From positions 199,537 to 263,536 of the forward strand of contig CAZSTS010000003.1 of the NCBI GenBank assembly GCA_964609965.1: 64,000 nucleotides of DNA, given 5' to 3'. The stretch is from an uncultured Nitrospirales bacterium (lineage in GTDB: Bacteria > UBA10199 > JADGCS01). Positions 37,658 through 47,809 of this stretch are shown here, piece by piece (the stretch's first letter is position 1; each line of letters opens with the position of its first letter). The notes beneath the pieces were generated by a model, which saw nothing but the letters and a program-made list of their open reading frames with translations, was not told the origin of the DNA and made no database searches. A program made the position numbers and the translations under genes.

Positions 37658-38311
37658 ATGGTCATGGAAAAGGTAAAATATATCGCTGTAGATGGTCCAA
37701 TAGGGGTGGGAAAAACCAGTCTCACCCAGATGCTTGCTTCTGATTTTGATGGCAAAATCATTTATGAAAATCCAGATGAGAATCCCTTTATTCAAAATTT
37801 TTACGATGATACAAATCGTTATGCTTTTCAAACGCAGCTTTTTTTCCTTTTGTCACGTTACCGTCAACAAATGGAACTCAAACAACAAGATCTTTTTGAG
37901 CAAAAGATTGTTTGTGATTATGTTTTTTCAAAAGACTTAGTTTTTGCAAGACTTAATTTATCTGATGATGAATACGCATTGTATTCTCAAATTTACACTT
38001 TATTAGATCAACGTCTGCCAAAACCAGATGTTGTGATTTTTTTGCAAGCCAGTCCCGAGATTTTGATGAAGCGAATCAAAAAACGCAGCAAAGATTATGA
38101 GCGCCATATTTCTCCAGACTATATTTTAAAGGTGTCACAGGCTTATAGTCAGTTTTATTTTCAATACACCGAAACACCACTTTTGGTTGTGAATACTTCG
38201 GGATTAGATTTTGTAAAGCATCCAAAAGATTATGAATTGTTTAAAAAGGAACTTTTTTTCTTATTAAAGACTGGTAAAGATAAGCACTATGTAACCATTG
38301 CACCGAGGTAA
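37658..38311 (+). CDS. Deoxynucleoside kinase (dCK/dGK family)
   Basis: P-loop VDGPIGVGKTS plus ERS-like and Arg-rich motifs of the dNK family. Confidence 0.8.
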   Translation: MVMEKVKYIAVDGPIGVGKTSLTQMLASDFDGKIIYENPDENPFIQNFYDDTNRYAFQTQLFFLLSRYRQQMELKQQDLFEQKIVCDYVFSKDLVFARLNLSDDEYALYSQIYTLLDQRLPKPDVVIFLQASPEILMKRIKKRSKDYERHISPDYILKVSQAYSQFYFQYTETPLLVVNTSGLDFVKHPKDYELFKKELFFLLKTGKDKHYVTIAPR

Positions 38312-38314
38312 GTT

Positions 38315-39157
38315 TTGAACACAGAAAAACTCACAATCAATGACCTTCGTGATTTGTACCACAAAGGGGAGAAGATCACATCCATAACAGCCTACGATTA
38401 TACTATGGCACGTATGTTTGATAGTGCTGAGATCGATGTTATTCTTGTAGGTGATTCACTTGGCATGGTGGTTCAAGGAGAAGAAAACACTTTACCAGTT
38501 AATATTGAGCATATCGAATACCACACGCGCTGTGTGGTCAAAGGTGTTAAGCGCGCGCACGTGATGGCAGACATGCCTTTTATGTCGTATCAATCAAGTC
38601 TAGAAACTGCAGTGAGTAACGCTGGAAAATTAATCAAAGCAGGTGCTGAATCAATAAAGCTTGAGGGCGGCGAAGAAATGTCAGATCTCATCTGGTATTT
38701 GCAAAAGATAGGCATCCCCGCTGTGGCACACATCGGTCTCAAACCACAATCGATTCATCAGATGGGTGGATATAAGATTCAAGGGAAATCAAAATTAGCT
38801 GCCGAGGAAATTATTTCCGAAGCTAAAATATTAGAAGAGGCTGGAGCATTTGCTCTTTTACTCGAAGGCATTCCCATGGAAGTGGCAAAAGAAATTACAG
38901 ATTCAGTTTCTATCCCTACTATTGGGATTAGCAGTGGGCCTTATTGCAGTGGGCAAATATTGGTCAGCTATGATTTATTGGGTGCAAATCCAGATTTTAG
39001 TCCTAAGTTTGTTAAAAAGTACATGGATCTCAATGATTCTATTCAAAATGCTGTGAGATCTTATTGCCAAGATGTTAAATCCGAGGACTTTCCTACCGAA
39101 GAATACAGCTTTCACCGAAATCTTGTTGAGGTGAAGCAGTTCACGCAGAAGAGTTAG
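38315..39157 (+). CDS. panB: 3-methyl-2-oxobutanoate hydroxymethyltransferase
   Basis: ITAYDYTMARMFD ... VILVGDSLGMVVQG is the PanB signature. TTG start, 4 nt after the dNK stop, with a GAGGT RBS. Confidence 0.85.
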   Translation: MNTEKLTINDLRDLYHKGEKITSITAYDYTMARMFDSAEIDVILVGDSLGMVVQGEENTLPVNIEHIEYHTRCVVKGVKRAHVMADMPFMSYQSSLETAVSNAGKLIKAGAESIKLEGGEEMSDLIWYLQKIGIPAVAHIGLKPQSIHQMGGYKIQGKSKLAAEEIISEAKILEEAGAFALLLEGIPMEVAKEITDSVSIPTIGISSGPYCSGQILVSYDLLGANPDFSPKFVKKYMDLNDSIQNAVRSYCQDVKSEDFPTEEYSFHRNLVEVKQFTQKS

Positions 39158-39175
39158 ATTTCTATTAATTTCATC

Positions 39176-40150
39176 CTACTCAGAATTCACTAGATCCTTA
39201 AGATCCTGAATCTCTTTTTCGAGTTTAATATTCGTTTTGAGAAGATCGTTGTGCTTCTTTTTAAGGGCCATGTGTTCTTTTTGAAGTTTTCTGAACTCTT
39301 CATCAGCTTTTTGGATGCTCTCAAGATAAGGGCCAGACGAGGTTTGCTCGGGTTTGTCTTGAGTTTTTGATTCGATCTTCTTTTTTGGTGGGGTCTTTTT
39401 TTCGACAACAACAGTTTCTGTTTTGATAACTTCTTTTGGTTTTTTGCTGTCTCTTACTTGTTTGTCTACGCTCTTATTCTTATCGGTCTTTGTGTCATTT
39501 TCTTTCTTATCTGTTTCTGATCCATCCAATATTTTAATGCCTTCATGAAGTGTTGCTTTGATTGGTGTGTCATTTGATTTTTGCAATAAATAGCCTTGTT
39601 GTGGAAAGAATTTTGTAATGAAGGATGTATCAAAACTCGAATTAAAACCGCTATAGATTAATAAACCAACAATGAGAGTGTTGAGAAACACCAAAAGCCA
39701 AGAGATAAGAAGGATGAGGCGATTAAACTTTTTGAGAGGGCTGATGAGATAGGGGGCAAGGTATACAACAATGGGGACAATCCATGGCCACACAGGAAAC
39801 CCAGTGAGGAACTGAAGGCTAAACGCGATAGCAGCACAGAGGATGAGATAGCCAAAGAGTTTAAAAAATCTTGAGTTAATATGGTTTTCGATCTTCAGGG
39901 GATCAAGAAGAATAAACAGCGCTATCACCAAGGTTACAAGACTAATAAAAAGACTTATGGGCACGCGGTAATAGAGGATTCCAAAAACACCAACATGAAA
40001 AGTCATGGCTCCGATTGTTTCGATAACTTTGCGTGTTTTATCTGAAAATTTAAACCCTAAGATGATAATAAAAAAACCAGCGATTATAAATACTGAAAAT
40101 AGAATTAGATTTTGTTCCAACACTTGACCTCCTTTTATGGGTTTGTCCAA
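39176..40150 (-). CDS. Membrane protein with a C-terminal Lys/Glu-rich coiled-coil tail
   Basis: N-terminal polytopic region. C-terminal low-complexity K/E-rich segment. Confidence 0.4.
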   Translation of the reverse strand: MDKPIKGGQVLEQNLILFSVFIIAGFFIIILGFKFSDKTRKVIETIGAMTFHVGVFGILYYRVPISLFISLVTLVIALFILLDPLKIENHINSRFFKLFGYLILCAAIAFSLQFLTGFPVWPWIVPIVVYLAPYLISPLKKFNRLILLISWLLVFLNTLIVGLLIYSGFNSSFDTSFITKFFPQQGYLLQKSNDTPIKATLHEGIKILDGSETDKKENDTKTDKNKSVDKQVRDSKKPKEVIKTETVVVEKKTPPKKKIESKTQDKPEQTSSGPYLESIQKADEEFRKLQKEHMALKKKHNDLLKTNIKLEKEIQDLKDLVNSE

Positions 40151-40170
40151 AAATGCACATCTACTGCGTT

Positions 40171-40231
40171 GGATATAAAATTTAATTCAATTACGTACTC
40201 TACGTACGCGCATTCATTAAATTTTATATCC
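40171..40231. promoter_or_regulatory. Perfect 16-bp inverted repeat (ggatataaaatttaat ... attaaattttatatcc) with a 29-nt spacer, in the 5' region of the membrane/coiled-coil gene
   Basis: Seen directly in the sequence. Confidence 0.4.
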
Positions 40232-40343
40232 GCCTTGTATCTGCTACTTTTTTGAACAAACCCTAGTGGTTCTGTTTTTCAACAGTCACTTTTTCGAGGA
40301 ATTATTTACAAAGAATCGAGGAAAATGGCAATTCTATTTAAAA

Positions 40344-40462
40344 GGTTACGGTTAGGGTCACGAGGCCCGTTTCGTCTTTCGGTTACGGTTACGTGTTCAT
40401 GCTCTGACGTAACCCATACCGCTAAACGATACGGGCTTCGTAACCGATACACGCTACCTGTA
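40344..40462. repeat. Extended heptad-periodic array rich in ggttacg/cgtaacc units
   Basis: 7-nt periodicity. Partly palindromic (ggttacg vs cgtaacc). Confidence 0.45.
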
Positions 40463-40538
40463 CTAGTAATCAGATGAATGAATTGACGTAGGAAGGGGGC
40501 GATGATAACCAAACTTCGCGATTTTATGAGACCAAATC

Positions 40539-41537
40539 ATGAATTTTAATAAGATAAAAAGTAAACTTTCCCTCATTTTTTTCATTATTGGTATTGTCCT
40601 GCTTATTTCCTTAATCAAAAAAGTGGGGTGGCACGAGGTCTTGTCTTATTTTAAAAAATTAGATTACAAGATAATCTATGTTTTTCTCTTTCCCATGACT
40701 TGGTATTCCATTCAAAGTTTTGCCTGGTGGCGGGTTCTCACTGATGATGGTGTTAAGGTTTCTCTAATTCATGTCTTTCTGACAAAAATAACAGGCGAAG
40801 CTGTAAACACGGTTACTCCTTTGAGTTTTTTTGGAGGAGACCCTTATCGCATTTATCTTTTACAGAAAAAGATTTCAAAAACAGATAGTGCCTCATCAGT
40901 GGTCATTGATCGGACAATGTATTTTTTGGGCGTGTTTTTATTGCTTTTCGTTACGTTTTTTGTAGCCTGGTTTAGGTTGCCATTGCCTGGTCATTGGAGG
41001 GTTTTATTCCCAGCCATTATTGTTTTATTTTTTATTATTTTTTTCCTATTAATAAAGATTCAGAAGAAGGGAATGTTTACGTTTATCAGTCGTCTTGTCC
41101 TGAAAACAGGTATTCAAAGAGATCGCATTGAATCGTATTCGGATAAAATAGCTGATTTAGACCAGCAGATAGGGGGGTTTTATAAAAAACATAAGCTGCA
41201 TTTTTTTGAAATCTTGGGTCTTCATTTTTCAGGGCGTATCTTAGGAGCTTTCGAAATCCTCATTATTGCAAATCTTTTGGGGCTCCCAATTGAATTCTAT
41301 CATTGTCTCTACTTGGCTTCACTCACTGTGCTTATCAACGTCATGTTTGTTTTTATTCCAGGGAGCATGGGTGTGATGGAAAGTGGTTATGGAGCTCTTT
41401 TTTATCTTCTCAACATTGCTTGGGAACACGGCGTTGCGCTTCAACTCGTTCGTCGTATCCGTGCCTTTTTCTGGATCGGCATTGGGCTTCTCATCATATT
41501 GTTTTATAAACCAAAGAAAGACAGTTTGGGCGTCTAG
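40539..41537 (+). CDS. UPF0104 / lysylphosphatidylglycerol-synthase-TM-like flippase-family membrane protein
   Basis: The N-terminal KLSLIFFIIGIVLLISLIKKVGWHEV motif is typical of this family. Lies upstream of plsB. Confidence 0.55.
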   Translation: MNFNKIKSKLSLIFFIIGIVLLISLIKKVGWHEVLSYFKKLDYKIIYVFLFPMTWYSIQSFAWWRVLTDDGVKVSLIHVFLTKITGEAVNTVTPLSFFGGDPYRIYLLQKKISKTDSASSVVIDRTMYFLGVFLLLFVTFFVAWFRLPLPGHWRVLFPAIIVLFFIIFFLLIKIQKKGMFTFISRLVLKTGIQRDRIESYSDKIADLDQQIGGFYKKHKLHFFEILGLHFSGRILGAFEILIIANLLGLPIEFYHCLYLASLTVLINVMFVFIPGSMGVMESGYGALFYLLNIAWEHGVALQLVRRIRAFFWIGIGLLIILFYKPKKDSLGV

Positions 41538-41610
41538 AGTCTAGCGTCTAGCGTATTGACCTATCAGTTATCGCCTATCGTGTCTTGTAACCTGCGTCCT
41601 GTAACCCCCT
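41530..41610. repeat. Tandem heptanucleotide array (gtctaga gtctagc gtctagc gtattga cctatca gttatcg cctatcg ...)
   Basis: Spans the stop codon and the whole spacer before plsB. Confidence 0.7.
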
Positions 41611-41649
41611 CAAATCATTCAACTTTGCGTCAAAAACCTGGTATAACGC

Positions 41650-44445
41650 TTGTCTGAATGGGCTTCATACAGTATATTAGTGGATATGAAAAAGGTAATA
41701 TATGTCATTGGAAAGAATATCCTCATTCTTTTGAGAAAGCCTCTTACATGGCTATTATTGCGTAATAGAGAGCGTGTTGAACAGTATGGCACGCAGGTTA
41801 AGAATAAAACGCTTTCGGGCATGGTATTAGAGTTCAATTTTTGGCACAGAATCATCTTTTTGCCCTTTTTTCGAAGAGTCCAAGTTCTTTCCTCAGATAT
41901 TAGCACGATCAAATCTCTCAATGGGCCTGTTGTTTTTGTCATGAAAAACAGAGGACAACTTGAGTATCATTATTTTAATTATCTTTTCCTCAAAGAAAAA
42001 ATCTCACCTATTCACTTTGCCAATGGTTGCCTGACCGTTCACTGGTTGCCTTTTAAGAAATTATGGCAACACCTTGTTTGCCGTCTTGATCGTTTTTACA
42101 AAGAACTCAAAGAGGACAGTGTAGAAGAAAAAACTTACCTTACAGAATTGTTTCAAGAAGGAAAAAATACCCTGGTCAATTTAAGCATTTCTCGCGATTA
42201 CCTATTTGGATTGATCAAAACTAACCCCATAGATGCTCTCACGCCTCTGACAAGCATTCAAAGTCAAATTAAACAACCTATCCACGTTGTGACTCTTCAA
42301 TTTCACTTTGATAAGCATCCGGGTAAAACAGAGCTGTCTTATTTTGATCTTCTTTTTGGCGAAAAGTCTCAACCAGGGGCGATCCGAAAAATCCTTCTCT
42401 TCCTCATGAATTATAGGAGAAAGCCTAGAGTAAAATTTGGAAAGCCTATTAATTTACAAGAATACTTGAATGATAAATCTAATCTATCAGAAGACAAACA
42501 AACCGAATCTCTTTTTCACGTGATCGAAGATGACTTACGCATAGAGCACGCCAGAATTACAGGGCCAAAGCTTAGGTCAAAAGAGAATTTTATTACCGAG
42601 ATCATGGCTGATGAGGCTTTTTTGGAAAGCATTCATTCTCATGCAGATAGAAACAACAAAAAATTTGTAGATTGTAAAAATCAGGTTTTGCGCTATCTGA
42701 ACGAAATAGGGGCTGATGTAAATTACAGTTATATTCATTTTGCGCACATTACGCTCAGACATGTGTGGGAAAAAATCTTCAATGGTCTTGTGGTCAAGCA
42801 TGATCAGCTCAACCAGGTTAGAGAGGTCGCAGGGAAAAATCCTATTGTCCTTGTTCCCATGCACCGTTCCCACATTGATTACCTGCTCATCTCAGATCTG
42901 TTTTATGAATACAATATTACGTTTCCTTATATTTGTGCAGGCATAAACCTCAATTTTTGGCCAGTGGGCAAACTCATTCGAAAATGTGGCGGATTTTTCA
43001 TCCGTCGTAGATTCCGTGGCAATTATCTGTATAAAGAATCACTTTATGCTTATGTGAAATCATTGATTAGCAAGCAACATGGACTCGAATTTTTTATCGA
43101 AGGCACGCGCTCACGCACAGGCAAGCAATTAAAGCCCAAGATGGGTATTTTGAGCATGGTGATGAGGGCCTATCTTGAGGGCGCTTGTGATGATATTTAC
43201 TTTGTTCCCATAGCTGTTAATTATGATCACATACTCGAGCAAAGGGAATACCAAAAAGAGACTAAAGGTGATGAGAAAAAGAAGGAAAATGCTGGAGAAT
43301 TATTTAGAGTTCGCAAAATATTTAAAAGAAAATACGGAAAGGTGTATGTAGAGTTTGCTAAACCTCTTTCTCTCAAACAATACTGTGCAGACAATAAGAT
43401 TAAAACAGCGCCAATAGATACGTTAAAGAAAGAAGTCGCTGTTTTTGCCAATCACCTTACTCATCGCATGACCGATGTGGCAATAGTCACACCTATTTCT
43501 CTCGCTTCTTTGGCGATTCTGTCTATGAATAAGAAGGCCTTTAACTTTGATCAGCTCGAAAAGCGTATCCACGTCTTAAAGGATTATCTTGAGCACAAAG
43601 AAGCAGTGTTCTCTGACCTTATTAATTACAATGAGAGCTATGCTTATCATGAGGCGGTCAAAAAACTCTCTGGCAGGGGCATGCTTAAAGAAGTGGAATC
43701 TTTTGAAGAGACCTTTTTCTCATTTGATGACCGTCGTCGACAGGATTTTGATTATTATAAGAATAACATCGTTCATTTCTATGTCCTTCTCACATGTTTT
43801 TGTAAGGTTGTCGGCCAAATACCCAATCAGGCTAAAATCACTGTAGATGAACTTCTCAAGAGATTCGGTATTCTCAAAAATCTCTTTTCACATGATTTTA
43901 TTTTTAGTGAAGATGAGGCTATAAAAAATGAGTTTATTGAGGTCATTCATTATGCGGTGACAAAAGAGTTTGTGGCTTATGATGAAAAGACTCAAACTAT
44001 CACAAAGAGTATTACAGAACAGAATTATAGTGACTTTTTGACCTTTTATTCATTGTTAGACAATTTCCTAGAATCTCACCTCATTGCTTTGCGTTATCTC
44101 AAATACAATAAGGTAGAGGCAAGTGATGCCAAGTCGCTCACAAAAGACATACTTGTCAAAGCCAAGCCCATGTATCTCAGAGATGATCTCGCGCATCCAG
44201 AATCTTTGTCGCGCTTTAATCTCGAAAGCTCGTACAAGGTGTTGGCTGATCTAGGTATTCTCAATATCCAAAGAAAAGAAGGGCAGAGAGGTGTTTATTC
44301 CTCAAACCAAGATCTCGAACAAATCAATCAATGGATTAATTCCATTTCACAGTTTCTCAAAGTTTCACCTACTATTGGCGGAGCGCCCGTCAGCCTGATC
44401 GACTCACCTGAGGTTGTTAAAGAATCCCAAGATTGGCAGCATTGA
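41650..44445 (+). CDS. plsB: Glycerol-3-phosphate acyltransferase
   Basis: HRSHIDYLL, FFIRR, EGTRSRTG and IPI motifs collinear with E. coli PlsB. The start may instead be at 41686. Confidence 0.9.
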   Translation: MSEWASYSILVDMKKVIYVIGKNILILLRKPLTWLLLRNRERVEQYGTQVKNKTLSGMVLEFNFWHRIIFLPFFRRVQVLSSDISTIKSLNGPVVFVMKNRGQLEYHYFNYLFLKEKISPIHFANGCLTVHWLPFKKLWQHLVCRLDRFYKELKEDSVEEKTYLTELFQEGKNTLVNLSISRDYLFGLIKTNPIDALTPLTSIQSQIKQPIHVVTLQFHFDKHPGKTELSYFDLLFGEKSQPGAIRKILLFLMNYRRKPRVKFGKPINLQEYLNDKSNLSEDKQTESLFHVIEDDLRIEHARITGPKLRSKENFITEIMADEAFLESIHSHADRNNKKFVDCKNQVLRYLNEIGADVNYSYIHFAHITLRHVWEKIFNGLVVKHDQLNQVREVAGKNPIVLVPMHRSHIDYLLISDLFYEYNITFPYICAGINLNFWPVGKLIRKCGGFFIRRRFRGNYLYKESLYAYVKSLISKQHGLEFFIEGTRSRTGKQLKPKMGILSMVMRAYLEGACDDIYFVPIAVNYDHILEQREYQKETKGDEKKKENAGELFRVRKIFKRKYGKVYVEFAKPLSLKQYCADNKIKTAPIDTLKKEVAVFANHLTHRMTDVAIVTPISLASLAILSMNKKAFNFDQLEKRIHVLKDYLEHKEAVFSDLINYNESYAYHEAVKKLSGRGMLKEVESFEETFFSFDDRRRQDFDYYKNNIVHFYVLLTCFCKVVGQIPNQAKITVDELLKRFGILKNLFSHDFIFSEDEAIKNEFIEVIHYAVTKEFVAYDEKTQTITKSITEQNYSDFLTFYSLLDNFLESHLIALRYLKYNKVEASDAKSLTKDILVKAKPMYLRDDLAHPESLSRFNLESSYKVLADLGILNIQRKEGQRGVYSSNQDLEQINQWINSISQFLKVSPTIGGAPVSLIDSPEVVKESQDWQH

Positions 44446-44503
44446 GGGTTGGTCGAAGGTCAAAAGTCTAAGGTCAGGGGAGCTGATGGGAAGGGTTAAG
44501 CTG
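44446..44503. repeat. Tandem heptanucleotide array (ggtcgaa ggtcaaa agtctaa ggtcagg ...)
   Basis: Between convergent plsB and the XRE gene. Confidence 0.65.
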
Positions 44504-44798
44504 TTTTTTCAATCATATTTATGCGTTTTCGAATGGCTTCGAGCTTTGATTTGAGTTTTGGTCTTTCAAAACCATTTGGGAAGAGAATAAACTGAGGTTT
44601 GATGCCTAGGGCTTCGGCGATAAGAATAGCACGTTCTTCTCCAAGCTGAGAGCGTTCGTTTTCGATATTCGAAATATTAGCCACAGCAATACCTGTGATC
44701 ATTGATAGTGTTGCTTGTGTCCAGCCTTTCTTGATTCTTAATTCTTTAACAACCTCTCCTGGGGTTAATGTTATTTGTTTTATTCTTCTTTTTTTCAT
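44496..44798 (-). CDS. XRE-family HTH DNA-binding protein (100 aa)
   Basis: WTQATLSMITGIAVANISNIENERSQ is an HTH_3 signature. Confidence 0.7.
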   Translation of the reverse strand: MKKRRIKQITLTPGEVVKELRIKKGWTQATLSMITGIAVANISNIENERSQLGEERAILIAEALGIKPQFILFPNGFERPKLKSKLEAIRKRINMIEKTA

Positions 44799-45051
44799 GG
44801 TCTTTTAGCTCTAAAACGCTTAAGTTATAGTATAGTATAACTTATACTGTGATATAAGTCAAAAAATATCAGAATTATTTTAACTTATTCAAGACACAAA
44901 AAAATCCCCGAAAGGGGATTAATAAAATAGCCCAGGGTTAAGAAAGCCTGAAAGGCTTTTCCTACCCTGGGATTGAAGATAATTTATAACATCTGATTAG
45001 ACATAAAGCTCCAAGTATTCGCTTTATGTTTTCATATTACTATCGCGCTGA

Positions 45052-45076
45052 TCTGGGCTCGTAAAACTCACCCATG
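45052..45076. repeat. Copy of the 25-nt motif CTGGGCTCGTAAA(A/G)CTC(A/G)CCCA(T/C)GC; second copy at 57500-57524
   Basis: 22/25 identity between the two intergenic copies. Confidence 0.5.
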
Positions 45077-45081
45077 CTTAA

Positions 45082-45636
45082 TTAAAAGTGATAATTAAAA
45101 TTTACGCGGACATTTGGAGTGATGAGGTGACCGCTTGCTATATAAGTGTAATTCACACCTACTTGTGGGGCTACAGTCCAGTTATCAGTAATGTAGTATT
45201 CATAACCAAGACCGCCGTCTCCACAAAAACCATGGTACCAACTAGAACCAGTAATGGTGAGGCCTGCAGCTGTGACACCGCCCCAAGCATACATACCAGC
45301 ATAACCACCACCAGCATAAAAGTACAATGTTTCATAAACATTTACTTTTAATGTGGGCATAAAGTTGGAAGCCAAGAAATTAATACCACTATCATTTGTG
45401 TAGTAGGCATCTGATTGAACATAAAGGGCTAGGTATTCATTTAGCTTGTAACCAGCTTGCCAGGTAAGTCCACCGCCAATGGCTCTGAGTTCATTGACTT
45501 CGTAACCTCCAACAAGACCACCAACACCCAGGAACCAACCTGTGTCTTGAGTGTGACCAATCTCTGCTTTAGCAGGAGTGCTAACAAAGAAACCTAAGCA
45601 AATTATCAGACAAATTAAGAGTGTAATTTTTTTCAT
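45082..45636 (-). CDS. Small outer-membrane beta-barrel protein (OmpA-N/OmpW-like)
   Basis: Signal peptide, alternating amphipathic strands and a C-terminal aromatic residue (..NYHF). Confidence 0.6.
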   Translation of the reverse strand: MKKITLLICLIICLGFFVSTPAKAEIGHTQDTGWFLGVGGLVGGYEVNELRAIGGGLTWQAGYKLNEYLALYVQSDAYYTNDSGINFLASNFMPTLKVNVYETLYFYAGGGYAGMYAWGGVTAAGLTITGSSWYHGFCGDGGLGYEYYITDNWTVAPQVGVNYTYIASGHLITPNVRVNFNYHF

Positions 45637-45748
45637 GAAACTCTCCTTTTATAAGGTTTGGGGTAGAGTAATTAAGGGGGGGGTGGAATGCAAGAGATTT
45701 TGGAGGGAGGGCCTTAGGGCCTTGGTGTCTTGGAATATTATTCTGCAC

Positions 45749-45764
45749 GGACACATTTGTGTCC
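45749..45764. promoter_or_regulatory. Palindrome GGACACA-TT-TGTGTCC between the divergent OMP gene and a hypothetical gene
   Basis: Same GTGTCC/GGACAC half-site as the operon palindromes, but in the everted arrangement. Confidence 0.4.
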
Positions 45765-45855
45765 ATTTTATGCTTAGAAACGCAACAAAAGCTGTATTAA
45801 TTTCGATAATGGAGTCAAATGATATTCATGAATCATTACGAATAGGAGTTGCTAG

Positions 45856-46512
45856 ATGATGAGGCCAGTTTTAGGTTTAAGCTCATTTTCAAGATTATAC
45901 TCTACACTCATAGCGGGCGCAGAAACGCCAACAGTGAGAGTAGGTAGTCCTAGAATACATGATTTCTCAAAGACTGTTGGGCTTGATAGTTTTTGTAATA
46001 CTGCTATTGAGGATTATTGGTCTTCACTAGGAGGCGCTCCTGTTCAAAGAGATTCCCAGGTCATAATGCTACAAGAAGCGCCTTGGCAATTGAGCGTTCT
46101 TGATCCTTCTGAATTTCAAGCAGGGCAAAGACAACCAAGTTTTGTTTCTGTCACACTACCTCATACGCCTATGGTGGAAGCCAGAAAACCATTTGTTGTT
46201 CAAAGAGAAGAGCGCAATCGTGATGTGCGAATTGAAGATTTTTTAATCGCTACTAGAGATCTGAGATTTGCCACTATTATGCGTGAGTTACTCACAGTAG
46301 CTCGTCAACATGGTCATGCTTTTATTTCTGGTAGAACGTTTAGGTATAAGCAAACTGTTCCATTTCGTGAAAGGGTTACATTAGCTCAAATAGAACATGC
46401 CCTTGATCGAGAACATGTACCAGGTTCCACGTACACCTTAGAAGCTCAGTATCATAGGTATGATTTTTATGATTTAGCTAATTGTGAAGTGGGGCATCCC
46501 AGGGTTTCTTGA
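45856..46512 (+). CDS. Hypothetical protein (218 aa)
   Basis: ORF only. Arg-rich, no motifs. Confidence 0.4.
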   Translation: MMRPVLGLSSFSRLYSTLIAGAETPTVRVGSPRIHDFSKTVGLDSFCNTAIEDYWSSLGGAPVQRDSQVIMLQEAPWQLSVLDPSEFQAGQRQPSFVSVTLPHTPMVEARKPFVVQREERNRDVRIEDFLIATRDLRFATIMRELLTVARQHGHAFISGRTFRYKQTVPFRERVTLAQIEHALDREHVPGSTYTLEAQYHRYDFYDLANCEVGHPRVS

Positions 46513-46729
46513 TAAATCTTGGTAAAATTACAGGATCAAATTTTTCCCTCCCTTGCGACAGGATAAATCCTTCAAGTTTGTTTAAAGCAGATGGAAGCCT
46601 TTCAAATCATTAATGTTTTTATGTATGTCTGGGCACAAAAGTGCCCAAAAAGATTTTAAACTGGCAACAGTGGGTGTCTTATTGCCGAAAAATAGAACAT
46701 AAATAGAAAAGAATATTAAAGGAGTTTTT

Positions 46730-47236
46730 ATGGCAGAAACCAGCTTTGATCCTAATCAAACAAGAGATGTTCAGTATCCTGAAACAGCACCTGCTTCTGA
46801 ACTAGCAGTTACTTCTGAACTAGGAGTTACTTTTGAACTAGCGCCTGCTTCTGAAGCAGTACCTGCTTCTGAACCAGAGGTTGATAATGCGGTTAATAAT
46901 CCAGATGTATCAGAGTATGGTAGTTATGACGTGTCACAGTCTTTGAGTGAATGGCCTAATGGTTTTTCTTTTCCCATGCAGCTGGGGTGTGCTGCGTCTG
47001 AAAGAAATTCTACTTCCGAGCAACACTTTGCTAAAGCTCAGCTTATTTCAGTAGGTCTTGGTTATTTGGACATTAATGCAGCGAGTATTATACGTGGTGA
47101 AACGACTGTAGAGTTTAGTTCATGTTCAGGCTCAGCATTTAGTATTGATACTTATACTGGGGCGGTAAGCAAAAATGTTGCGTTGCTGCCGCTAATAGAA
47201 GTGGATCGATTGGTTGTAATTCTTGGAGAAGAGTAG
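46730..47236 (+). CDS. Hypothetical protein (168 aa) with N-terminal PASE/TSEL mini-repeats
   Basis: ORF with an AGGAG-like RBS. Internal repeat APASELAVTSELGVTFELAPASEAVPASEPEV. Confidence 0.4.
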   Translation: MAETSFDPNQTRDVQYPETAPASELAVTSELGVTFELAPASEAVPASEPEVDNAVNNPDVSEYGSYDVSQSLSEWPNGFSFPMQLGCAASERNSTSEQHFAKAQLISVGLGYLDINAASIIRGETTVEFSSCSGSAFSIDTYTGAVSKNVALLPLIEVDRLVVILGEE

Positions 47237-47270
47237 GGGCGCAGGTTATGAATCTAGCATGTTATTAGGT

Positions 47271-47690
47271 TTATTCACTACCACGCTCACCAGTGCTCTG
47301 TTGGCCTTCATAGTCAGATACAAGGATGACTCCATATTTCGTGTCAGAATAATCATTTCGGGTGGCTTTTGCTTCTTCGGCAATCCTTCCTTTTGTTACA
47401 CATATCCACCAATTTAAGTACATTTCCATAATGCCCGCGTTTTCCTTTTGATCAACAACATGATATCGTTTCACCAAAGAACTGTTTGCATTAGCGGGTA
47501 CAAGTAGGGTGCCGTTAATGACGACACCTTTGTATTTTTTTGATAGAGTGCTTTTTTTATATCCGAGTGATGTCAATGTACCGCAGATAGGAAGCTGTGA
47601 TTTTGCAAATAACTGAACAGGTAAAGATATGGAGATAATCAAACATAATCCAAATAATAAATGAAGCTGAAATAATCTAAAAATATTCAT
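47271..47690 (-). CDS. Hypothetical secreted protein (139 aa)
   Basis: Signal peptide. Confidence 0.4.
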   Translation of the reverse strand: MNIFRLFQLHLLFGLCLIISISLPVQLFAKSQLPICGTLTSLGYKKSTLSKKYKGVVINGTLLVPANANSSLVKRYHVVDQKENAGIMEMYLNWWICVTKGRIAEEAKATRNDYSDTKYGVILVSDYEGQQSTGERGSE

Positions 47691-47809
47691 AGTGTTATCT
47701 TAAACAAGTCTCCATCACTTTTTGCTTCTAATCCCATACAATAAAGGGTTCAATTTAAAAAAGATGATGGCATAGAGAGGACGCGTCGGACAGGGTGTAG
47801 GTCGGAAGA

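Noticed and set aside
40306-40512. 68-aa ORF within the ggttacg/cgtaacc array
   Set aside because: Its composition reflects the repeat (Arg/Val/Thr-rich). It has no RBS and lies in a leader region.
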